A stretch of DNA of 64,000 nt from Eledone cirrhosa. Taxonomy: Eukaryota. Location: the NCBI GenBank assembly GCA_964016885.1, contig OZ024743.1:243784001-243848000 (forward strand), in the 5' to 3' direction. Below the pieces are notes generated by a model, which ran no database searches, had not been told where the DNA came from, and saw only the letters and a program-made list of their open reading frames with translations. This document shows, piece after piece, positions 10,248 through 22,494 of the stretch. The position numbers and the translations under genes are program-made. Numbering within the stretch: the stretch's first letter is position 1; every line of letters starts with the position of its first letter.

Positions 10248-11118
10248 TTAAATCACTCCCTACTTTCTTTGAGAAAAGAAGGACACATTGGATACTCTTT
10301 TACTGGTTTCAGTCATTTAACCGCGGCTATGCTGGGGCACGACCTTAAATAAATATAGTCGATCTAATCGACACCAGTTTTTATTTTTTCAAATCTGGTA
10401 CTTATTTTATCGAACTCTTTTTGACGAACTTCTAAGTTACGGGACAAATCCTGATTGCAACACAACAATAACAATAATAACAATGATTTCTGATATAGGC
10501 ACAAGGCCAGCAATTTGAAGAGGAGGAGAAAGTCGATTAAATCGACCCCAGTGCGTTACAGGTACATTATTTTATTGGCAGTATCGGTAGAAGGTCGGAC
10601 GCCATGCTTTGACGCATAGAGTTACGGCCCTTGCCATCCTGAGTTCAAATCCCGCCGAGGTTAACTTTACCTTTCATCCTTACGGGGTCGATAAAATAAA
10701 GTACCAGTAATGCACTGGGTTATTGCTGGCCTTGTGCCAAAAGTAGAAACAATTATTTTATCGACTCCTTAAGGATGAAAGGCAAAGTTAATCTCGGCGG
10801 GATTTGAACTCAGAATGTAAAGGGCCGTAACTTGATGCCGCGAACCATGGTGTCTGACGCTCTACCGATACTGCCAATCTACTGCTCTCAATAATGATAA
10901 TAATAATTGTTTCTACTTAAGGCACAAGGCCAGCAATTTGAAGTGGAGTAGAAAGTCGATTAAATCGACCCCAGTGTATTACTGGTGCTTTATTTTATCG
11001 ACCCTATAAGGATGAAAGGGAAAGCTAACCTCAACGGGATTTGAACTCAGAACATAATGGGCCGTAACTCTATGCATGGTGTCCGACATTCTAGTGATTC
11101 TGCCAATCCACCGCCCTC
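9352..11118. mobile_element. Cluster of about eight nested or tandem Meta-type SINE copies and fragments
   Basis: Copies at ~9352-9410(+), 9452-9572(-), 9583-9703(-), 9733-9857(-), 10020-10175(-), 10478-10890(-, interrupted), 10576-10755(+), 10903-11118(-). Confidence 0.85.
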
Positions 11119-11371
11119 AATACTACTAATAATAACAACAACAGTATCACAACGTCGGAAGATTAATTTCATCGCAGTGGCAAAGGAACGTTAAGTGTAG
11201 ATAACTTAATCATACGTTTGATCCTTGTCATATGTTATAGAAGTTCTGAATACGTGCACCCAATAACCGAGGGTGGTCACTGACTGGGCTTCAGCAAGAG
11301 GCTCCAAATTACAATTATTATTTTTTCTACCGTACGCAAGGGCCCCATGCGAGCTTTATCCACCCTTGCCT

Positions 11372-11542
11372 GTACCTCCGGAGCATAGGCTTGGTTATCT
11401 GTCCCGGAAGAATTCAACTCTGTAGCGAAGACCAGGTTACCTGCTTTTGGAGAGTTCACTTCTGAAGCGTAGGCCTGGTTATAGGGCTCTGGAAAGTTCA
11501 CTATCGAAGCGCAGACATGTTATCTGCCCCTGGAAAGTTCAC
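11372..11542. repeat. Degenerate ~42-bp tandem repeat, about 4 units
   Basis: Recurring GGTTAT...GGAAAGTTCAC; 14-aa periodicity in minus-strand ORF 11277-11501 (NQAYASEV / NQAYAPEV). Confidence 0.6.
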
Positions 11543-12769
11543 GCCTATCTAGGCCACTGATATTGTCCTAGGGAAAGACAAAGCACCAAAGATGACGCAG
11601 ACATTGCCATCAAAATATAAAGTACTCAAATGGATGTCTTAGACGTATGTCTTGTAAGGCCATAGATCTGCACCTGGAGCTGGAAGATTCTCTCCAAAGC
11701 ACAGAACTTGACAAGTTTTATTTTGTTTGATTGTGGAAGATCATCCGTCAGGGCCATATTATTCATAATATTGACTAGGGAAATTATTTTTACTCAGGCA
11801 TTGTTATTTGCGCTCTAGTGCTTCAACGATTAAGTGCACTTTGCACTCATAATCAGCAAATATCCTTTCACAATAGCAACAATGAAAGAATTCTATTTTC
11901 AAAAGATAAATAAATATAAGAAAGAAAGCTAAAAGCAAAATTAAGAAATGAGAAAATGAGGAAGGGGTAAGGAAGGATAGACCGGGTGTGTATGGGAAAG
12001 TAGAGGAAAGAACTATGAAAGCCACAAATGAGAGGAAAAGGAGAAAAGCAACGACTCAAGGGCCACAGAAGAAAGAGAGGAAGGTGTGTGTGTGTGTGTG
12101 GGGGGGGGGGGGTAATGGGCGCTGTGCCTAGGGCGCTGCGATGTTGGGGCTGCGCCCTGCGAACAAGACTGCAAAAGTATTTCCGCGGATAATGGCCAGC
12201 GACACCCGCTGCAACAGCCACCCAACCTCGTAGGATTCCTTCCTCAGACAGGCTGCTGAAGGTCTGATCATGCGGAGGAGCTCGGCAGTATGGGGTCAGA
12301 ATACGGCTGAGGTCTCGACGGCGAACGGTGCAAAGAGGAAACGGCCAGACGATCCTCGGCATTTGTTTCTTTTCCTTTCACTGCATATTGTTAAATTTTC
12401 TATTTTATAATTTGTTGTATTAAGGACCAAGCTGTTAGCTGTAGCAGTGTGGATGGCTTGAAGGACAGAGGAGGCTCAAAATCGACAGAGGCCAATTCCA
12501 CATCATATTGTATTGGATTGTAATCGAGCTAGGAACCTTTATTTCTAAACTAAAGAGTTCACGTGGAGGCATTAGTGACCTTAGCTTAGAAATATTTGTT
12601 CATAGTTAAAATCTGTTCCGGCATTGGAATAAAATGCCGGATGATTAGCGATCAAACCGATTAAATCATGGTGCAGACTCACACATACATACGTACATAC
12701 AAACATACATACATACATATATACATACATATATGCATGCATACATGCACACATACATATATACATACA

Positions 12770-12934
<165 letters not shown>

Positions 12935-13149
12935 GTGTGTGTGTGTGTATATTATTATTCTTTCTTCTCATGTTTTTTATATATATTTACCTCGGCTGCG
13001 TTTGTCTGTTTCTCTCTTACTGCTTCCCCGTTCTCTCTGTTGCTCTCACCTTCTTTCGCCCCCCCCCCTGTCAGTTACACTTTCTCTCGACTGACCTCTT
13101 CCTCGCACTTCCACTCACTCACTCTCTGTTTCTCCCCTTCTCACTTCCT

Positions 13150-13485
13150 CCCGTTTGGCTAGCAGTGGGTTCTCTTCTTGCTCACATCTCACTCACGTCG
13201 GACGGTCTGTATCTCGATCGCTCATGAAATCCACCCAGCTTATGCTGACCGGACAACCATGTTGCTTGTTTATTTTCCTATCTTTGGTTTGCTTTTATCC
13301 TTCTATGTTGTTTACTTGTCCCCCTCGCTTTACGCGATTTACTGATCCCAATCACTTTTTTTAGTTATTGCTCGCACCAACCTGAGGTATATGATTTTTA
13401 ATGCGATGAAATACCAATGATGGTTGGAAAATCACTGACGAAGGACTAATTTTATCATATGCAACCCATGTGCAACCACGCAGTA
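13150..13485 (+). mobile_element. Diverged copy of the 17649-18594 direct-repeat family
   Basis: GCACCAACCTGAGG.ATATG...GCGATGAAAT.CC...GGTTGG...TCACTGA.GAAGGACT...CATATGCA shared with the reverse complement of 18413-18594. Confidence 0.7.
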
Positions 13486-13521
13486 TTCTTCTTTCTTCTC
13501 ATGTTTTATATATATATACAC

Positions 13522-13561
<40 letters not shown>

Positions 13562-13568
13562 GGAGTGC

Positions 13569-13604
<36 letters not shown>

Positions 13605-13649
13605 AAATATGGAGAAAAAAAAAAATATATATATATATACACGGAGTGC

Positions 13650-13696
<47 letters not shown>

Positions 13697-13701
<5 letters not shown>

Positions 13702-14018
13702 GCACTCCGTTGGTTATAATGACGAATGTTACAGTTGATTCGATAATTCGATCAACGGAACAGCCTGCTAGTGAAATTAACGTGCAGGCGGTTGAGCATT
13801 CCAGAAACACGTGTACCCTTAACGTAGTTCTTAGGGAGATTCAGCGTGACACAATGTGACAAGACTCGTCCTTCGAATTACTGGTACAATTCATTTTTGC
13901 CAGCTGTGTGTACTGGAATAACGTGAAATTTAGTGTCTTGCTCAAGGACACAACGCCGGGAATCGAATTCACAACTTTACCATCCTGTGTCGAATTCTCT
14001 AACCACTAGGCCACGCGC
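13697..14018 (-). mobile_element. tRNA-derived CORE-type SINE, near full length
   Basis: Minus strand: A box TGGCCTAGTGG, B box GAATTCGATTCC, CORE motif TGTGTCCTTGAGCAAGACACT, 3' end ACGGAGTGCCAGTTT. Confidence 0.85.
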
Positions 14019-14103
14019 CTTCACTGTATATAGGTATATAATAGATGAATCCTACATTGGTAGTAATATCCACGTATTAACATTGAGTGCTGATAACTTA
14101 ACG

Positions 14104-14353
<250 letters not shown>

Positions 14354-14747
14354 TCATCTGCAAGCATAATAGTAAAAAATAAATAAATAAAAATGTAAAA
14401 ATTGTAATCTAATTAACAAAAACTAATTATAAACAGTTAGACATTGAGCTTGTATCGCTATCATTCGTGTATTCTGGCGTTGTATGAATGGCGGGGTCGA
14501 TAAGTTCAATAAGGTCATTAAGGTCATTAAGTGTTACGTAGGGTCTAGTTCACGTTTCTAATGCTGCACCATCATATCTAGATAACTAATCATATATTGA
14601 TGACAGCAAGGCATATCTTTGAGATAAAACATTGAGATAAGCCTGCCTTATATGACACACATACTTCGTGTAGTGTGTCATGAGTTCGATCAGAAGATCT
14701 TGTACTGTAACTCTCTCTATATATATATGTCACCAATGAAAATACAG

Positions 14748-15810
14748 TCTGAAAAGGAGTAGTGCTGCTAACACAATAAAATGCACTCACTACACTCTGT
14801 AAAATGGTAGTGCTGGTAACACAATAAAATGCACTCACTACACTCTGTAAAATGGTAGTGCTGGTAACACAATAAAATGCACTCACTACACTCTGTAAAA
14901 TGGTAGTGCTGCTAACACAATAAAATGCACTCACTACACTCTGTAAAAAGGTAGTGCTGGTAACACAATAAAATGCACTCACTACACTCTGTAAAATGGT
15001 AGTGCTGATAACACAATAAAATGCACTCACTACACTCTGTAAAAAGGTAGTGCTGGTAACACAATAAAATGCACTCACTACACTCTGTAAAATGGTAGTG
15101 CTGGTAACACAATAAAATGCACTCACTACACTCTGTAAAATGGTAGTGCTGGTAACACAATAAAATGCATCCATTACACTCTGTAAAATGGTAGTGCTGG
15201 TAACACAATAAAATGCACTCACTACACTCTGTAAAATGGTAGTGCTGGTAACACAATAAAATGCATCCATTACACTCTGTAAAAAGGTAGTGCTGGTAAC
15301 ACAATGAAATGCACTCATTACACTCTGTAAAATGGCAGTGCTGGTGCCACAATAAAATGCATCCATTACACTCTGTAAAAAGGTAGTGCTGCTAACACAA
15401 TAAAATGCACTCACTACACTCTGTAAAAAGGTAGTGCTGGTAACACAATGAAATGCACTCATTACACTCTGTAAAATGGTAGTGCTGGTGCCACAATAAA
15501 ATTCACTCACTACTCTCTATAAAGGGGTAGTGCTGGTACCACAATAAAATGCACCCACCACACTCTATAAAGTGGTAGTGCTGGTAAAACAATAAAATTC
15601 ACCCTGTAAAATGGAAGTACTGGTACCACAATAAAATACTCTCAGTACACTCTACAAAGAGGTAGCGCTTGTCCCACAATAAAATTCACTCACTACACTC
15701 TGTAAAGTGGTAGTGCGAGTGCCAAAATAAAATGCATCGAGTCCACTCCCTAAAGTGGTAGTGTTGGCTTCGTGATAAAATGCAGCCACTATAATTTACA
15801 AAGTGGTTGG
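14748..15810. repeat. 48-bp minisatellite, ~16 homogeneous units then decaying
   Basis: Unit TAACACAATAAAATGCACTCACTACACTCTGTAAAATGGTAGTGCTGG. Confidence 0.95.
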
Positions 15811-16539
15811 CATTAGGAAAAGCATCCAAAATGGAAAGCATGAGCACAACGTGGCAATCTGATCTGTCTATACACCTTACAGCTTGTTCAATCCATGCCA
15901 CTACACATAACTACATACCACTACAAAACACTACACACAACTACACACTACAAAACACTCTAATCACTAGGCCTTGCGTTTTCACAAATTGATGAAATAG
16001 AAATGAGGCACCAGTAGGTACCAGTAGGTACCAGTTATTTTATTTATTATTATTTTTCTTTTACCATAGACTAATATATTAACCCGAGGGGGATATTTGA
16101 CTTTGTATCTGCATAACACACCATAAAACAATGTTAAATAACAGTCCTATGAACCTCCAAGATTTGTGAAAAGATTGAGTAATAATAGTTTTAAGGAATG
16201 TCGAAATCCAAAGGCTGGCATCGGGATATTTCGCAAATAAAATTTTGTTTATAGTCAGTTAAACAACAAAGCAACGTGTTTTGATGATGATGTTGTTTGT
16301 TAGAGTGAAAGATTTAATTTCACACTTAATCCTTCCATGTGCATGAACTACAAAATCCGAATGGAGATTCGGAATTGAGTAGAAAAACCACAAGAGTAAA
16401 TATAAGACCTCTCTTCTCTAGCGACATCAGCTGCCTGGCTTCCACAAAGCTGCCTCTTCTTTTAGCTTTTTTTTTCTATTTCCTATTTCATGTCTTTTCG
16501 AGAGAGAAACCAAACAACATTCTTTAACATACCATATAC

Positions 16540-17130
<591 letters not shown>

Positions 17131-17648
17131 CGTGTGTATTTATATCCCTTCTCCCCTCCTTACACTGTTTAGTGTTTATTCATATTCAAAGGTTCAGATT
17201 TTTAATGAAATCTGGCATTTAAACCAACCGAGAGGGGGAGGGGGGAAAGATTGGTTGAAAAGTCTAAGTGGGAAGAAACTATATTTTTCCAGCCATCTGT
17301 TATACGTCTCGTTTTCTCCTTCTCTCTCTCTGTCTCTAGTTTCACTATCTCGTACATAACCTTTCTACTACCTCTCTCTTTATAACCCGCAATCATTCTC
17401 TCACTCTTTCAGCCTCTGGCCATGAATTAGTCTCCCTCACCCCCCTCATACTCTCCACCCACCTCCTCCTTTTTGGTCCTACAGGTCACTATCATTCTCT
17501 CTAATTATGTATTTGCGTCACCCTCTGTTCCTCTCCTCTCCTCTCTGTTGCTCCCCCCTCTCTCTATATACATATATGTATATATATATACATATATGTA
17601 TATATATATATATATAAATATATATATGTATGTATATATATATATATA

Positions 17649-17997
17649 TATGATAATAATGATGGCTGCGCGTTGCAAATGGTGGTGCATATGAAAAAGT
17701 AAGTCCTTCATCAGTGACCCTCCAACCGTCCCAGGCATTTCATCGCTTTAAGGGCCATATGCCTCAGGTTGGTACGAACAACGGCTAAAAAAAGTCGTTG
17801 GGACACGTAAACAAAGGGGACGCCAGGGTAACAAACAAAAAGGTTTAAGCAACGGAAAGTGAGAAGAAATAGACAAGTCCCAGATCTCTATGAATATAAA
17901 CTCGGTGAAATCGTGAACAAGAGACAAAAGACCATCAAACCTGGTTGAAATGTGAGCAAGGAAAGAATTTCGCATAGGTCTAACGGGGGGGGGGGGA

Positions 17998-18032
<35 letters not shown>

Positions 18033-18590
18033 AGAAGAAGAAGAAGAAGAAGAAGAAGAAGAAGAAGAAGAAGAAGAAGAAGAAGAAGAAGAAGATAAAG
18101 GGGTCTGGTCTACGAATTCGGTAAACATAAGTTTTGTGAAGTCGCAGACGAAAGAGAGAGAGAGAAAAAAAATTCCATACCAGCTTGGCCAAGACCGCGC
18201 GAGAAAAGAATTACACACAGGTCAAACTTGAAGGAGGAGGAGGAAAGAGGAGGAGGAGAGGTAGTGACAGAGAATGAGTGAGTGAAAGTTGAGGAGGAGG
18301 CTAACAGAGAGAGAGACTGCTAGAAAGGGTAAAAGGTACAAAGAACGAGAAAGGTTAAAAGGTACAAAGAACGAAACAGACGAGTGGCAGCAGAAGAAAA
18401 ATTATGTGTAAATATGATAATAATGATGGCTGCGCGTTGCAAATGGTGGTGCATATGAAAAAGTAAGTCCTTCATCAGTGACCCTCCAACCGTCCCAGGC
18501 ATTTCATCGCTTTAAGGGCCATATGCCTCAGGTTGGTGCGAACAACGGCTAAAAAAAGTCGTTGGGACACGTAAACGAAGGGGACGCCAG

Positions 18591-18594
<4 letters not shown>
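17649..18594 (-). mobile_element. Unclassified element with ~182-bp direct terminal repeats, embedded in (TA)n
   Basis: 17649-17830 and 18413-18594 are near-identical (two substitutions seen); the interior is purine-rich on the plus strand with (GAA)n at ~17997-18094. Confidence 0.75.
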
Positions 18595-18631
<37 letters not shown>

Positions 18632-18634
<3 letters not shown>

Positions 18635-18848
18635 TAAGTTATTCCGGGTTGAATCAGAGGTAACCACAGTAAGTAAGGTACTCAATACATAGCAGAGTAT
18701 AAAAGTTTTAATATAGATGAGATTCTACAGGACTAGAACTGTTTCATTCTTTAGAAATCATCAGGTGATTTCTAAAGAATGAAACAGTTCTAGTCCTGTA
18801 GAATCTCATCTATATTAAAACTTTTATACTCTGCTATGTATTGAGTAC
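18632..18848. mobile_element. Fold-back copy of the 8450-8579 HHR family
   Basis: Perfect 83-bp inverted arms 18678-18760 / 18766-18848 around a 5-nt spacer. Confidence 0.8.
18722..18765 (-). ncRNA. Hammerhead core with the 5' strand of stem I lost at the inversion point
   Basis: Minus strand: C-CTGATGA-TTTCTAAAGAAT-GAAA-CAG-TTCTAGTC-CTG-TA-GAAT. Confidence 0.65.
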
Positions 18849-18912
18849 ATTTTGCAATATAAATACAGATGTGTTGTATCTGTTTCATCATATATATTAC
18901 TCATATATATTA

Positions 18913-19112
<200 letters not shown>

Positions 19113-19179
19113 ACGTACATACATATATGTATACAGACGTACAGTAGTATGTATATATATACATACATGCACACATATA

Positions 19180-19462
19180 TATATGCACGTATCGGTTTAC
19201 CGAACATTTATTATAATGCTCGGTTTGTTTGTTTGTAAACAAACAAACAGCCCGAATTACGCCGTACAGTGTTTAGGCAACCACGTCACCTTTTTGTTCA
19301 ACACTGACACAGGAACGATGTACTAGTGTCAAGCTTATTATCGCCTGTGTCAGTGTTGAACAAAAAGGTGACGTGGTTGCCTAAACACTGTACGGCGTAA
19401 TGTTTACAAACAAACAAACCGAGCATTATAATAAATGTTCGGTAAACCGATACGTGCATATA
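19180..19462. mobile_element. ~280-bp fold-back element
   Basis: Arms ATATGCACGTATCGG...CTGACACAGG and its reverse complement, identical apart from one ~14-nt indel, with a ~30-nt spacer. Confidence 0.8.
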
Positions 19463-21268
19463 TCTTGCGAGCTAACTTCAAAACGGTAATAAATAACTTT
19501 ACTTCATTCTTTCATCTACTCATGGATATGTCAACTATACTATTCTACATAACTTCAACTTGTTAATTAAACTTTATACACACAACTGATTCTTTTGTTA
19601 TATTCATACACGCCAGTATTTTAATGTTATAAGTGGTGACCCCGAATAGAAAAGAAAAAATAACAGAATCTGGTGTTGTGTGAGTATGGAAAAAAGAAAA
19701 TTAATTAGCAGTACCCCATTTTCGTGGGAATGTGTCGACCAACATTTCGAATACGCAGCAAACTTTATTAACAAACTAGGAAAAATTCGCAGACACAGAA
19801 ACGAACACACGCACATGTGAAATTCTCGTTCAGACAGACTCTTTTTCAACATGAACATTTATTTTTGCTGAATCTCAACTATTGCTTATTCTTTCCACCA
19901 AGTTTTTTTCATCGTTCACAAAAAAATTGAACTCGCCATATTTGTTATACCAAGTGAAGCCTTTCTTTCTTTTTCATCATATTATCACGTTCACACACAA
20001 ATCTTTCAAAATGGCTGCCAACGACCTGTTGCACTATCATTTTCGCGCCATTTTCTCATGCAATAGAAATATTTTTTTTTTCAACTTGACTTTAACCTTG
20101 TTTCAGCACGTGTGGGGAGCACACATCTCGACTCACTGAGATAACGCACGCCATAGATAATGTTTCTTGCCAAGGATTCTCCAGCCTTAAGCTATATTCT
20201 CCTATTTGCCGGTTTAAAAATTTACCACGTAAATTTGCCGTCGAAAACTGCGCATTTATTCAGAATGCTTATTTCTTTGGTCGCTGGCCTCTTGACCCTT
20301 CCAGGCCAACGCATTCTCAACATCGACCATCAACTTTGGCTGTTATTTCTAGCACTTTGCGCAACTCATTTTTTCTTGGAAAATTTTTGCTGTGAATTTA
20401 AACAACATCGAATACGCTCACTCCGCGAGACAACAACATCAACAACTAAAACCAGCAGAACAAAACAGAATTTATTTTTGCAGCACTCTTCCCGTGAGAA
20501 AATCCCACCGATTTTCACGTTGTACCACAGTCTACAGACCACCTGCATACATTCTCTGGATGACACACTTTCTTTCCTGCTGTCATGTGATTGCACACCT
20601 GTGAACTGTATTTTGAACATTTGAACTTTGACCTCTTCTTTTACTTTGATTACATTGTATCTTTGAGTGATGGATAGATAGATGTCCAGTCGTTCTCTGG
20701 CCAGGAGCGGTTGGCTGATATCTATCATTGATTTTTGCATGCATATATTTTGCTGTTTTCTTTTTATTGCAAACATTTTTTTTCGTAATTTTCATGAATG
20801 GACTTTGGTGTTACATGCTCGCCATCTTACGCCATACATGGTTCATTCGATTTTTATATTTTAAAAATCTGGCGGGAGATAATGTAGCAAGAGTTGCCTC
20901 CCTTGTTATGACAATCACATCACCGCTCTCTAGACAGGAAGTAGCTGGAGTTACTTCCCGTTGGGGTGGCAGAACCCTTTTTGTCACTTCCGTCTTGAAC
21001 CCTATAAAAGGGATGCTCAGAGCGATCTCTCTCTCATTTGCCCTCTTCTAACCTGCCTGGCCCTTCGGCCAGGCGCGTTCGCCTGGCAACCCTAACATGG
21101 TCTCTTGCGAGCTAACTTCAAAACGGTAACAAATAACTTTACTTCATTCTTTCATCTACTCATCGACATGTCAACTATACTATTCTACATAACTTCAACT
21201 TGTTAATTACACTTTATACACATAACTGAGTATTTTGTTATATTCATACACGCCAGTATTTTGTTATA
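19463..21268 (+). mobile_element. Non-autonomous LTR retrotransposon (Gypsy-like), 5' LTR truncated
   Basis: Direct repeats 19463-19631 / 21103-21268; PBS TGGTGACCCCGA 2 nt after the 5' LTR; PPT-like GGCGGGAGATAA before the 3' LTR starting TG at 20883; TATAAAA at 21003; no recognisable gag/pol in the ~1.25-kb interior. Confidence 0.82.
19634..19645 (+). promoter_or_regulatory. Primer-binding site complementary to the tRNA-Trp 3' end
   Basis: TGGTGACCCCGA equals the first 12 nt of the canonical tRNA-Trp PBS (TGGTGACCCCGACGTGAT). Confidence 0.8.
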
Positions 21269-21315
21269 CTTACATTTAAGTAAGTGCCGTACTAAGAGTG
21301 AGAAATGAAATTTCG

Positions 21316-21455
<140 letters not shown>

Positions 21456-21529
21456 ATATATATATATATATATTTACATATACTTACACATACATATATA
21501 AATTATATACATACACTCACACAGAGCTT

Positions 21530-21760
21530 GTCTGGAAGGTTAAGGTACTGGTGGCAGAGCATTCCACAAACATTGCATAAACGTTCACCTTTAACGGAAT
21601 TCTCAGGGAGATTCAGTGTGACACAGTGGGTAACAAGGCTAAGCCTTTTGAATAACCGTTACAACACATTTTTGCCCGCTGAATGGCGGGACATCGGAAT
21701 TTGTATTCACAGCTTTATAATCGTGACCCGTACACCGTAACCACTAAGTCATTCGCTTTC
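21530..21760 (-). mobile_element. Partial CORE-type SINE
   Basis: GAGCATTCCAC...GGGAGATTCAGTGTGACACAG...ATTTTTGCC...ATTCACAGCTTTA...TAACCACTA matches the 13697-14018 copy. Confidence 0.6.
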
Positions 21761-22494
21761 ACACATGCAACTCCCTACACACACAAACGCACACAGACAC
21801 AGACACACACACTGACACACACACACTCACACACACACACACACTCTCTCTCGCTCTCTCTCTCTCTCCCTCACACACACACAGACACACACACACTCAC
21901 ACACACACTCGCTCTCTCACACACACACTATCTCTCTCTCACACGCACACTCTCTCTCTCACACACCTACACACACACACACACACTTATACACACATAT
22001 GCACATACGCATATCATAAATGAATCCAGATAAACAAAATCTAGTGCTCAATATAGGGAAAGAGTAAAGATCGCCGACGTTGTATCGTCCAAAGATTGCT
22101 TGCCTTATGAACGGTGTGTTATGAAACTACTCATTATCACTAAGACCACAGTCAAACATTCCTGACAAAGTCTCTCCACAATTCATGATTTTCCATTGCT
22201 CCTGGCAACTTCTCCCTTCTGAGGTTTGTATCATCTGAGAGTTGACAAATGAAGGTTCAAGCAGGTACTGCGTCTCTCGTGAGTTGGTTCCCACAATAGT
22301 AACTTGTGTATAACTTCCTGCTTACTTCTTCAGCAATGTCCAGTAACGCTGTATTGATGTTATACAATGACACTATACCATACATTGATAGAAAGGGGTA
22401 TAGAGAGTTGGGAGGGGTGACTAAAGGTCAGGAATATCGGTACCATGGAGGCCGAGGTAGCACTACTTGTGATAAGGTAGCGGTAAGAATTTGA

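Noticed and set aside
11868-12362. 164-aa minus-strand ORF
   Set aside because: Runs through a microsatellite and a pyrimidine tract and overlaps a dispersed repeat; no recognisable domain.
12610-12650. Hairpin TCCGGCATT/AATGCCGGA with HHR-like flanks
   Set aside because: Needs at least three core substitutions and lacks stems I and III.
14590-15510. 306-aa repetitive ORF (longest in the window)
   Set aside because: Product of a 48-bp unit divisible by three; no domain, splice context or codon-level constraint visible.
17690-17775. Hammerhead or SECIS in the direct repeat (CTGATGA present on the minus strand)
   Set aside because: No GAAA follows a stem II and no stem I can be formed; spacing and orientation do not fit a SECIS. 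Kept only as a k-turn candidate.
20160-21051. ORFs inside the LTR element as gag/pol
   Set aside because: No zinc knuckle, protease, RT or integrase motifs; overlapping short ORFs on both strands.
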